From the NCBI GenBank assembly GCA_964443275.1, contig CAYUCE010000001.1, positions 577-64,576 on the forward strand: DNA of 64,000 bases, given 5' to 3'. Both the position numbers and the translations under genes were made by a program. The notes under the pieces are model-generated. The model was not told where the DNA came from. It did not search any database and worked only from the letters and a program-made list of their open reading frames with translations. Positions 9,811 through 18,383 of the stretch are shown one piece after another. The first letter of the stretch is position 1. Each line of letters starts with the position of its first letter. The stretch is from an uncultured Thermotogae bacterium. GTDB lineage: Bacteria; Bipolaricaulota; Bipolaricaulia; CAYUCE01.

Positions 9811-10434
9811 ATGGCCAAAAGCGACTTCGGAGAGACTTTGAGAAACTTAAGGTTAAGGAAAAAAATAGGATTGAGGGAGCTTTCCAGAAAGGCAGGAATA
9901 GACCACACCCGCCTAAGCAAGATAGAACACGGCTTGAGACCACCTCCCGAGCTGGAACTAATTTTATCCTTGGCTCGTGCTTTGGGTACAGATCCCCATA
10001 AATTGGCCCAGTTAGCCGGGGTTCCAAAAGAATTTCTTAAATTAAATACCGGTAAAAAAATTATGAACGTCCTTCAGGGCCAGGTAGTGGGAAAATCAGA
10101 TCACTTACTCATAGTAAAGGTAGCCAATAACGAGCTGGAGATAGCCGGCGAGAAACCCAAAAAGAACAAAGTAAAAATAACCATAAGACCGGAAGAGATC
10201 ACCCTTTACAAACGCCCTGAATCATTGGTAGGAACCAGTGCCAGAAATAGATTTTCCGGTACCATAACCGGTATTGAACCCCACAAAACCTATAACTACG
10301 CCACCCTTCAGTGTGGCGGATTCAAACTGAAGGTAGCGGTAACTGATAAGTCCATACAAAAGATGGGATTGAAACCGGGAAGCGGAGTTTACGCCACTTT
10401 CAAAGCTACTGCCGCAAAATTATCTGCCGTTTAG
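9811..10434 (+). CDS. Transcriptional regulator with N-terminal XRE-type HTH and C-terminal TOBE (molybdate/tungstate-binding) domain
   Basis: The HTH is GETLRNLRLRKKIGLRELSRKAGIDHTRLSKIEHG. The C-terminal ~70 aa (SARNRFSGTITGIEP...LKVAVTDKS...GSGVYATFKA) matches the ModE/ModC TOBE fold. The ATG at 9811 is preferred to 9790. Lies immediately upstream of wtpABC. Confidence 0.75.
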   Translation: MAKSDFGETLRNLRLRKKIGLRELSRKAGIDHTRLSKIEHGLRPPPELELILSLARALGTDPHKLAQLAGVPKEFLKLNTGKKIMNVLQGQVVGKSDHLLIVKVANNELEIAGEKPKKNKVKITIRPEEITLYKRPESLVGTSARNRFSGTITGIEPHKTYNYATLQCGGFKLKVAVTDKSIQKMGLKPGSGVYATFKATAAKLSAV

Positions 10435-10561
10435 GAATCCCTCTGCATATCTTTTTCTTCTCATTTATTGATTTAATAATATCAGTTCTCAGCTATTAGT
10501 TGTCAGTTATCAGCTAAAACCCCCTAAATCTAGGCAGGTAGCGGATGCTCTACTACGCTGT

Positions 10562-10632
10562 CCAGCACTTACCTTAGATGCAACAGGGTACTGTTTCAGA
10601 CAATGCCACATTTTATCAAAGGTAAGTGCTGG
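10562..10632. repeat. CCAGCACT-stem long-loop hairpin element, copy 1
   Basis: CCAGCACTTACCTT (10562-10575) pairs with AAGGTAAGTGCTGG (10619-10632), 14 bp, loop 43 nt containing an inner ACAG-ggta-CTGT hairpin. Lies between the convergent TOBE-regulator and cas6 genes. Confidence 0.6.
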
Positions 10633-10711
10633 GCGGAGAAGAGGCTTCTTCCACTACACTCTCTAACCATGGAACCTTGAAAGGTTCCGCTACAACTGCT
10701 GGATGCGACAT

Positions 10712-11491
10712 CTACTTATCAACAACCTCCACCATTCCAAAGCCCATGCTCCCCTTCTCGCCGAAGCCGGCTTCATAACCTATCTCAATTAGCTGCGGGG
10801 AGCCTTCTACCACAAACGGAGCCAGTATCCCCTTGATCTTGGTGCCTTTAAAGTCAATTAGCTTATAAATCTTGTCCCCTTTTCGTTCGATATAGTCTTG
10901 GTCAAACTCCAGCTTAAGCTCATCTGAATGCGGCGTTTCGCCGTGAACTAACTGATATTTTTTTAATAGATTATCTTTGATGGCTCCTTCCAGGTCTTTA
11001 TCGTCATGGCGATAATAATATGGAGAAAGTTTCCCATTTCTTTCTACCTTGGTTGCCGAGACGATTGGAGAAAGACAGATGAATTTCACCCTTTTAGAAA
11101 GATCCGGCTGCTTCAAGATCTCTACGCTCTCCGCCCAGAACTCTTCCTTTCCCAATCTAAATTCATCACGGTTCAAAAGACCCTGAGCCAAGTGGTTCAC
11201 AAATTCCTTTACGGGAGATGAGACCAAAAGCTCTGCGGCCGGTTTGAAGGAGACTATTTTGGTACAATCATTACCGGGTTTTACTTTCCAATCCTTAAAA
11301 TCAAGCTGGGAATAGGTAAAGAGTTTGAATCTTTTATTACCCAGTTTGTATCCACGGTCGTGTAAGAAACTTGAGAAGTCATGTGATGAGGTAGCCAGAG
11401 TACTGTAAATTAGGCCCGTGATGAGATGGTTGTAATTGATGGGAAGTTCAAATTTATTATTCGCCGATCGGAAATTTATTTTTATCCGCAT
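10712..11491 (-). CDS. cas6: CRISPR-associated endoribonuclease Cas6, solitary
   Basis: MRIKINF...PINYNHLITGLIYSTL...KRFKLFTYSQL parallels the Pyrococcus-type Cas6 N-terminus (YNHQYYLQGLIYNAI...KPFTFS). The C-terminal glycine-rich loop GFGEKGSMGFG fits GhGxxxxxGhG. No CRISPR array or other cas genes occur anywhere in the window. Confidence 0.8.
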   Translation of the reverse strand: MRIKINFRSANNKFELPINYNHLITGLIYSTLATSSHDFSSFLHDRGYKLGNKRFKLFTYSQLDFKDWKVKPGNDCTKIVSFKPAAELLVSSPVKEFVNHLAQGLLNRDEFRLGKEEFWAESVEILKQPDLSKRVKFICLSPIVSATKVERNGKLSPYYYRHDDKDLEGAIKDNLLKKYQLVHGETPHSDELKLEFDQDYIERKGDKIYKLIDFKGTKIKGILAPFVVEGSPQLIEIGYEAGFGEKGSMGFGMVEVVDK

Positions 11492-11818
11492 TTTTATCGG
11501 TTACTATAAAAAGCCAAAATAAACCCCGCCTAAAACCTATCTTAATTTTTGGAGAGAAGTCTGCTTGGTCTTTCGATCACTAGAGAAGTTGTAGACGATT
11601 TTTAGGATGAAAAAAACGGGACATCAAATATATACTTTAACTTTTATCCTTTAAAGTATAAAGGGAAAAGTCAATTTTTTCAAATGAATGGATAGAAAAT
11701 ACCCGATTTATTTTGCGGCTAAATTTGATCACCGAAATTGGCTGCCTGCAGCTAGACATCCGCACCCTTTTATCTGCTTCCAAAACTCAAAATAACCCAG
11801 CCACCTGCTTGCTTTTTG

Positions 11819-11847
11819 TTGACATACGTCCACAAATTAGATACAAT
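11819..11847 (+). promoter_or_regulatory. sigma70-like promoter of the wtpABC operon
   Basis: TTGACA (11819-11824), a 17-nt spacer and TACAAT (11842-11847), 35 nt upstream of the wtpA ATG. Confidence 0.5.
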
Positions 11848-11881
11848 ATCGTACACAAAACTCAAAAATTAGAGGTACAGT

Positions 11882-12874
11882 ATGTTTAAAAAGACGGTTA
11901 AAACTTTGCTTGCCATCTTTATATGCGGTTTATTGGCGGTTGCGGTTGGAGCAGCAGACAATGTAAAGCTTAAGGTTTTTCACGCCGGAAGCTTATCCAT
12001 TCCCTTAAAACAGGTGGAAGAAAAGTTTGAAGCACAAAATCCCAATGTAGATGTGCAGCTTGAATCACACGGATCCGTCCTTTGCGTCAGACAGATAACC
12101 GAAGTGGGTAAAAAAGGGGATGTAATAGCAGTAGCAGATTATACATTGATCCCTTCCATGATGTATCCAGAGTACGCTAAATTTTACCTTCAGTTTGCCC
12201 GAAACAGGATGGTTTTAGCTTACACTGACCAAAGCAAATATTCTAAAAAAATAAACCAATACAACTGGTATAATGTGTTAAGAAAAGAGGATGTAACTTT
12301 TGGCTTCTCCAATCCTAACCTCGACCCTTGCGGATACCGCTCACCTATGGTAATCCAATTGGCGGAAAGCTTCTATATGGACAACCAGATATTGGAAGAC
12401 CTAGTAATCAAAAATTCAGCCATAAGGGTAAAAGAAACAGACGGCACCTATACCATATCCGCTCCCGAGGCATTGGAGCCGAACACAAAAAGGCTAACCA
12501 TAAGGCCAAAATCCGTGAACCTAATCTCGCTGGTGGAAAGTGGTGGTTTGGACTACGCCTTTGAATATATGAGTGTGGCCAAGCAGCACGGCCTCAAATG
12601 GGTAACTCTACCGGAGGAAATTGATCTATCATCTACGGAATATAAGGGACTTTACCAAAAAGTAGAAGTAAAGACCTCGGACGGGAACGTAAAAACCGGA
12701 AAACCCATTGTTTACAGTATTTCGGTACCTGCAAATGCACCCCACCCCGAGTTGGGAGTTAAATTTATAGAGTTTGTTATTGGTAAACGAGGTAGAGAAA
12801 TATTTACAAACCTGGGACAACCGCCTATCGTTCCTCCGGTGGGCGATGGAGAGGTACCCGCAGAGTTTAAATAG
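11882..12874 (+). CDS. wtpA: Tungstate/molybdate ABC transporter substrate-binding protein, WtpA (archaeal) type
   Basis: 330 aa with a signal peptide and a WtpA-family periplasmic binding fold (KLKVFHAGSLSIPL..., DVIAVADY). Followed by a ModB-like permease and a ModC-like ATPase with TOBE domain. Confidence 0.75.
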   Translation: MFKKTVKTLLAIFICGLLAVAVGAADNVKLKVFHAGSLSIPLKQVEEKFEAQNPNVDVQLESHGSVLCVRQITEVGKKGDVIAVADYTLIPSMMYPEYAKFYLQFARNRMVLAYTDQSKYSKKINQYNWYNVLRKEDVTFGFSNPNLDPCGYRSPMVIQLAESFYMDNQILEDLVIKNSAIRVKETDGTYTISAPEALEPNTKRLTIRPKSVNLISLVESGGLDYAFEYMSVAKQHGLKWVTLPEEIDLSSTEYKGLYQKVEVKTSDGNVKTGKPIVYSISVPANAPHPELGVKFIEFVIGKRGREIFTNLGQPPIVPPVGDGEVPAEFK

Positions 12875-12899
12875 ATTCCTAATAAAGGATCGATCATAG

Positions 12900-13676
12900 A
12901 TGAAGAGGAATAAACTACTGCTTGTTTTTTTGTTAATAGGTATTTTTTTACTCCTCTTCATTATTACTCCGATTGGCAATATTTTTTACACCCAGTTGGT
13001 GATTGACTTACCCGGCTTAATAAAGACCGTTCAAGACCCGGCTGTACTTAACTCTATTTGGCTGAGCGTATATACTGCTTTTTTGGCTACCATGATAGCT
13101 TTCCTCTTGGGCACTCCTTTAGCCTACTTTTTGACCAGATATAACTTTTGGGGGAAGGAAATAATTAATAACATAATTGATCTTCCCATGGTCATTCCTC
13201 ATATAGCGGCCGGAATTATTCTTTATGGGGTATTTAATCAATCCGGCCCGGTGGGGGGACCACTACGGGGCATAATCACTTTTCAAGACGCAGTTCCGGG
13301 TATCGTGGTAGCCATGCTTTTTGTATCCGTACCCTTCTTCGTTAACTCTGCTCGGGAGGGGTTTGAGTCTGTAGATCCCAGATTGGAAAATATCTCCCGG
13401 ACTCTAGGCGAATCCCCCTGGGGGACTTTTTACAAAGTATCTTTCCCGCTGGCTTTCTCCAATATATTGACCGGGGCTATACTTGCCTGGGCTAGAGGAA
13501 TCAGTGAGTATGCGGCGGTGGCCATAATTGCCTATTTTCCCAAGACCGCACCTATCTTAATTAGGGACAGATTTACCTCATACGGACTGGCTAGCTCAAG
13601 ACCGGCCACTTTGCTGCTTATATTTATTTGTTTGATGGTATTTACAATACTTCGGACGGTGTCCAGCAAGAGATGA
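12900..13676 (+). CDS. wtpB: Tungstate/molybdate ABC transporter permease
   Basis: 258 aa with 6 TM helices and an ABC permease EAA region (SRTLGESPWGTFYKVSFPLA). Confidence 0.8.
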   Translation: MKRNKLLLVFLLIGIFLLLFIITPIGNIFYTQLVIDLPGLIKTVQDPAVLNSIWLSVYTAFLATMIAFLLGTPLAYFLTRYNFWGKEIINNIIDLPMVIPHIAAGIILYGVFNQSGPVGGPLRGIITFQDAVPGIVVAMLFVSVPFFVNSAREGFESVDPRLENISRTLGESPWGTFYKVSFPLAFSNILTGAILAWARGISEYAAVAIIAYFPKTAPILIRDRFTSYGLASSRPATLLLIFICLMVFTILRTVSSKR

Positions 13677-14728
13677 AAAATATTGCTATCTGGTTAAAAA
13701 ATTTGTGGGTGGATTTAGAGGAGTTCAAATTAAAAGATATTAGCCTGGAAATTGCAGATGGTGAGTACTTTATGGTCTTAGGACCTACCGGGGCCGGGAA
13801 AACCATACTCCTTGAAACTATAGCAGGCATCTATGAACTTAAACAGGGCGAAATCTACATAAAGGGTCGGAACGCAACTCAGGCCCCTCCGGAAAATAGA
13901 AATATCGGCTTCGTCTATCAGGAGTATGCGCTATTCCCCCACCTGAACGTCTATAATAACGTACAATTTGGACTTAAAGCCAGAAAGATGAACCAACCAA
14001 AAGAAAAGACCAAAGAAATAATGCAACTTCTGGATATAAGCCATTTAGGCTCCCGATACCCGCATACCTTATCCGGAGGTGAGAAGCAAAAGGCAGCTTT
14101 GGCCCGGGCAATAGTGGTAGAACCGGAAGTGCTGCTGTTAGATGAACCGCTGGCTGCCTTGGATCAAAAGACCCGGGATTACTTAAGAGGCGAATTAAGC
14201 AAAATAAATAATGAGCTTGGAATTACCATGATGCATGTAACCCACGATCAGCCGGAGGCCATGATGTTGGGCCATAGAACCTGTGTGATGATGGATGGTC
14301 GGATCTTACAAATTGGTAAAACCGATGAGGTTTTTAACTGGCCGATAAACGAGGAAGTGGCTGATTTTGTAGGGGTAGAAAATATTTTAAGTGGCAAGAT
14401 ACATTCCAGCAATAATGGGGTAATTACGGTGAAGGTTGATGATTATAAGATAATCTCCGTATCCGATCGGAAAAACGGGCAAGTAAAAGTGTTTATCCGA
14501 CCGGAGGATATAACTTTATCTTTAAAAAAACAGGACTCCAGCGCCCGCAATATGATACCCGGAACCGTCCAAAAAGTAACCCGCTTAGGGGCAATCTACC
14601 GAATAGAACTAGATAATGGCCTATCCTCTTATGTAACTAAGCAATCGGTTGAGAATCTCCAGCTAAAACCAGGCAGAGAAGTTTATGCTTCTTTTAAGGC
14701 CACGTCGGTAAAAGTAAGGCCAAGTTAA
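13673..14728 (+). CDS. wtpC: Tungstate/molybdate ABC transporter ATP-binding protein with C-terminal TOBE domain
   Basis: Walker A GPTGAGKT, signature LSGGEKQKAA, Walker B LLLDEPLAALD, and a C-terminal Mop/TOBE barrel. Start taken at ATG 13673 (ATGA overlap with wtpB stop) rather than ORF-track 13628. Confidence 0.8.
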   Translation: MKNIAIWLKNLWVDLEEFKLKDISLEIADGEYFMVLGPTGAGKTILLETIAGIYELKQGEIYIKGRNATQAPPENRNIGFVYQEYALFPHLNVYNNVQFGLKARKMNQPKEKTKEIMQLLDISHLGSRYPHTLSGGEKQKAALARAIVVEPEVLLLDEPLAALDQKTRDYLRGELSKINNELGITMMHVTHDQPEAMMLGHRTCVMMDGRILQIGKTDEVFNWPINEEVADFVGVENILSGKIHSSNNGVITVKVDDYKIISVSDRKNGQVKVFIRPEDITLSLKKQDSSARNMIPGTVQKVTRLGAIYRIELDNGLSSYVTKQSVENLQLKPGREVYASFKATSVKVRPS

Positions 14729-14807
14729 TTTAACCAGGTTCTCGCACCCGTTTTACCAAGAGGATTCTCCCCCTTGCCCGCTACCCTCCCACCTTGTAAA
14801 ATAAAGA

Positions 14808-14879
14808 TCCAGCACTTAGTTTAAATGGAATTGGCAAGTGTATGAAATATACCGTGTTGTATCCAAACTAAGTGCTGGA
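14808..14879. repeat. CCAGCACT-stem hairpin element, copy 2
   Basis: TCCAGCACTTAGTTT pairs with AAACTAAGTGCTGGA, 15 bp. Lies 80 nt after the wtpC stop; its 3' arm runs into the hypB SD GGAGG (14877-14881). Confidence 0.6.
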
Positions 14880-14887
14880 GGTATCAT

Positions 14888-15547
14888 ATGCACGATATAA
14901 ATCTAAATGAGAACGTCCTAGAAAAGCAGGAGAAGTTAGCCGAGCAGGTTAGGTCAAAACTGGCCACAAATAAGATAAAGGCTTTTAACGTAATGGGGGC
15001 TATCGGCAGCGGGAAAACATCACTTATCGAAACTATTGTTAAAAGAGTAAGCAATGTAAATTTCGCAGGTATAGCCGGAGACGTAGCTGGAAATGAAGAT
15101 TACAAGCGGTTTAAAAACTTGGGTATTCCAGCAGCCAACCTTAACACCAACCTTGAATGTCATCTGGATGCCCACCTGGTTGAGCATGCCCTAGCCCATC
15201 TACCTCTGGATGAAATAGAAGTGCTCTTTGTAGAAAACGTGGGTAATTTAGTCTGCCCGGCAGATTTTCCGCTGGGTACGGATCAAGATATCGTGGTCAT
15301 ATCAGTCACCGAAGGGGACGACATGATAAGAAAACATCCTCAAATATTTGCTCAAAGTGACTTGACCCTAGTCAACAAAATCGATCTGGCGGAAATTGTC
15401 GGTGTAGACCCGGATAAAATAGTCAGTGATTTTAGAAAGATAAACCCCGGTGGAACCGTAGTTCTCACCGACTGTGTTTCCGGTCCGGGAATTGAGAAGG
15501 TGATTGAGCATCTGGGAATAGGTGAAAGTTTATCTTCAAAGCTTTAA
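14888..15547 (+). CDS. hypB: Hydrogenase nickel-incorporation GTPase HypB
   Basis: GAIGSGKTSLIE P-loop, ENVGNLVCP, NKIDL G4 motif; 219 aa. Confidence 0.85.
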   Translation: MHDINLNENVLEKQEKLAEQVRSKLATNKIKAFNVMGAIGSGKTSLIETIVKRVSNVNFAGIAGDVAGNEDYKRFKNLGIPAANLNTNLECHLDAHLVEHALAHLPLDEIEVLFVENVGNLVCPADFPLGTDQDIVVISVTEGDDMIRKHPQIFAQSDLTLVNKIDLAEIVGVDPDKIVSDFRKINPGGTVVLTDCVSGPGIEKVIEHLGIGESLSSKL

Positions 15548-15659
15548 ACTAAAAGAATTTGACTCATAATTATAAATCTTTCCATCTCCTATTTATTTTA
15601 CTTTTTATTGAACCTTCAGGCCGCGGATCTTAAAGTCAGTAAGGTGAAGTGATCAGTAA

Positions 15660-16058
15660 ATGCACGAATATTCTATAGCCAGTCGGATCGTAGAAACAGT
15701 AAAGGAAACAATAGAAAAGGAAGAGGCCATAAGAATAAAGGAAGTTCACCTCAGGAAAGGGGAATTAAGAATACTCTCAGTTGAAGCCTTAACCAGCGCC
15801 TACCAGATATTAACCGAGGGGGGAAAGCTTGCAGGCAGCAAATTAGTGATCCAAGAGGTCAAGACTATCCTACATTGCAGTGAGTGCAACTACGAAGGGG
15901 GAGTGGATTATCACCAGGATCTGGAATATCATTTCACAGTACCTATACTCACCTGCCCCCAATGTGGATCGCTGGCTGAAATTACAAAAGGAAAGGAACT
16001 GGATCTAATACAACTGGTAGTTGAAGACCAAAATGGCAGTGAAAAAGATAACTGTTAA
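15660..16058 (+). CDS. hypA: Hydrogenase nickel-incorporation protein HypA (extended variant)
   Basis: MHEYSIASRIVETV N-terminus with Zn ligands CSECN...CPQCGS. It is 132 aa, longer than the canonical ~113 aa. Confidence 0.8.
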   Translation: MHEYSIASRIVETVKETIEKEEAIRIKEVHLRKGELRILSVEALTSAYQILTEGGKLAGSKLVIQEVKTILHCSECNYEGGVDYHQDLEYHFTVPILTCPQCGSLAEITKGKELDLIQLVVEDQNGSEKDNC

Positions 16059-18324
16059 CGGTGTAGTACAAGGGGTAGGATTTCGTCCCTTCGTATATAG
16101 AGAGGCAGCGGCCAATAACCTAAAGGGAACAGTAAAAAATCTGGGCGATGCGGGGGTAGAAATAATCATACAAGGAAGCCCGGATGATATCGACCAGTTC
16201 CTGGAAAGCTTAAAAACCAACCGTCCCCCACTGGCCAAAATCGAGAACTTCTTTGTAGAAAACTTAACCTCACCTCCCCAATTCACCGATTTTACCATCC
16301 TAAAATCAGGATCAGAAGGTAAGGGATCGGGTACCATCCCTCCGGATACAGCCACCTGTAGTAAGTGCCTGCAGGATATATTGACCGACAGCCGCTACCA
16401 AAATTATTGGGCCACTTCCTGTGTTGACTGCGGGCCCCGTTTTACAGTAATCGAAGAGCTGCCTTACGATCGGGTGCGCACCTCCATGAAAGAATTTCCC
16501 CTGTGTGAGGAATGCGAGAAAGAATATAAGGACCCGGAGAACAGGCGATATCACGCCCAGGCTATTGCCTGTCCAAAATGTGGGCCGAGCCTTTTTTTTG
16601 ACTCCCAATCCTCAGGCAGCCCAATTCAGAAAGCAGCCCGCTGTCTTAAAGAGGGGAAGATACTAGCTATAAAAGGCATCGGAGGTACTCATATAGCATG
16701 TGACGGGACGCGTGAAAAGGTAGTTTCTACCTTAAGATCACGGCTAAATAGGCCCTCCCAACCCCTTGCGGTTATGGCTACCGAAAAGATGCTAAAAAAG
16801 ATAGCCGCAGTAGATAAGAAAGAGATGGAATCGCTTAAATCGCTCCGACGCCCCATCGTGATCCTGGATAAGCAAGATAATTCCCCTCTGGCTCCCTCAG
16901 TGGCCCCCGGACTCCATAATGTGGGGGTAATGTTGCCTTACTCCGGTCTGCATCACCTACTTTTTGCCCACATAGACTTCCCCCTGGTGATGACCAGTGC
17001 CAACTTCCCCGGCCAGCCCATGTTAATAGACAATCAGGAAACAAAAAAAGAGTTGGAAAACATAGTGGATCACTTTTTGCTTCATAACCGAAGGATAGTT
17101 TCCAGATGTGACGATTCAGTAGTTCGATTCAGCGGAGGTACCAGACGTTTTTTGCGCAAATCTCGGGGCTGGGCCCCTTCAGTTACCAAAATAGAGCTTG
17201 ACTGCGATCCCATACTGGCCTTGGGAGCGGAGCTTGATAACACAATCTCGCTTTATGCCGATGGAAAATGCTACACCTCCCAGTATATAGGTGACATAGA
17301 CGACGTTAGGACCTATGAATATTTAAACCAGACTATAGAACATCTGTTAAATATAACCGGTCAATCTCTACCTCGACATGTGGCCTGTGATTGTCACCCC
17401 CGATTTTTGACCACCAGATTAGCCGAAAAATTAGGTAAGAAAGTTACCCATGTGCAGCATCATCACGCCCATGCAGCCAAAGTTTTGGGGGAGCATGGTT
17501 TAGATGAATCTGTGGCTTTAACCTTGGATGGAGTGGGCTATGGTCAAGACGGACGAATCTGGGGAGGGGAGGTGCTAGTGACCAAAAGATCGGGTTTCAA
17601 AAAGGTGGGCGGCTTATCTGATGTCTACATGCCCGGAGGAGATCTGGCTACTAAATATCCTGGCCGAATGGTAGCGGGAATATTGTACGCAGGTGGCCTG
17701 CGGAAAAAAGCGCTTCAAGAAACCTTAGAAAACAACTTAAAGCCTTACGGGAAAAAGAACCAATTAGACTTTAATAATATCATAAAACAATTGGAGTCGG
17801 GGATTAACGTGCCCCAAACAAGCAGTGCAGGTAGGTTTTTAGATGCGGTCAGTGCGCTTTTGGGGATTTGTCAGGTAAGAACTTATGAAGGTGAGCCAGC
17901 TATGAAATTGGAATCAGTAGCCTCAGGTGCTGAACCGATCGATTTAAATCCAAAATTTATAACCCAGGAAAACCAGGAGGAAACCCAAGGTATCCCCCAA
18001 GACGGTAAGAAATTCCTGCATACTCCGGCCCTCTTTAGGCAGATTATGAAGCTTAAAGGTTCTCACTCAACAGAAGAGGTGGCTGCCACCGCCCAGTACA
18101 ATCTAGCTTGCGGTTTAGCTCAACTGGCTTTAGAACAAGCTAAAAAGCGCCATATCGGCAAGGTCTCTTTAAGCGGAGGAGTGGCTTATAACCAAATGAT
18201 TTCCACTACAATAAGAGAGGAAATCGAAAAAGTAGGCCTTTTATTTTACACAAATTCCCAATTTCCCTCCGGCGACGGGGGAATTTCCTTCGGCCAAATC
18301 ATGGTCGCCGCAGAAGATAAATAA
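16021..18324 (+). CDS. hypF: [NiFe]-hydrogenase maturation carbamoyltransferase HypF
   Basis: Acylphosphatase domain (VQGVGFRPF), two CxxC zinc-finger pairs, a YrdC-like domain and a Kae1/HypF carbamoyltransferase domain; 767 aa. The start may be the ATG at 16033. Confidence 0.9.
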   Translation: MKTKMAVKKITVNGVVQGVGFRPFVYREAAANNLKGTVKNLGDAGVEIIIQGSPDDIDQFLESLKTNRPPLAKIENFFVENLTSPPQFTDFTILKSGSEGKGSGTIPPDTATCSKCLQDILTDSRYQNYWATSCVDCGPRFTVIEELPYDRVRTSMKEFPLCEECEKEYKDPENRRYHAQAIACPKCGPSLFFDSQSSGSPIQKAARCLKEGKILAIKGIGGTHIACDGTREKVVSTLRSRLNRPSQPLAVMATEKMLKKIAAVDKKEMESLKSLRRPIVILDKQDNSPLAPSVAPGLHNVGVMLPYSGLHHLLFAHIDFPLVMTSANFPGQPMLIDNQETKKELENIVDHFLLHNRRIVSRCDDSVVRFSGGTRRFLRKSRGWAPSVTKIELDCDPILALGAELDNTISLYADGKCYTSQYIGDIDDVRTYEYLNQTIEHLLNITGQSLPRHVACDCHPRFLTTRLAEKLGKKVTHVQHHHAHAAKVLGEHGLDESVALTLDGVGYGQDGRIWGGEVLVTKRSGFKKVGGLSDVYMPGGDLATKYPGRMVAGILYAGGLRKKALQETLENNLKPYGKKNQLDFNNIIKQLESGINVPQTSSAGRFLDAVSALLGICQVRTYEGEPAMKLESVASGAEPIDLNPKFITQENQEETQGIPQDGKKFLHTPALFRQIMKLKGSHSTEEVAATAQYNLACGLAQLALEQAKKRHIGKVSLSGGVAYNQMISTTIREEIEKVGLLFYTNSQFPSGDGGISFGQIMVAAEDK

Positions 18325-18383
18325 GCCTCGGGACTTTACTTTACCTACCGACTTCCCCTCTTGTTAATCCTTATAATTTAAAT

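Noticed and set aside
9698-10027. 109-aa minus-strand ORF overlapping the start of the TOBE regulator gene
   Set aside because: It overlaps a gene with clear domain support and has no motif or RBS, so it is likely spurious.
10435-11881. Looked for a CRISPR array flanking cas6 on both sides
   Set aside because: No 25-40 nt direct repeats with regular spacing. Only a short imperfect duplication (CAGTTCTCAGCTA/CAGTTATCAGCTA) and palindromes were found.
11492-11881. Moco/Tuco riboswitch upstream of wtpA
   Set aside because: The region is AT-rich with no recognisable conserved stems. A good promoter only 35 nt upstream of the ATG leaves no room for a riboswitch.
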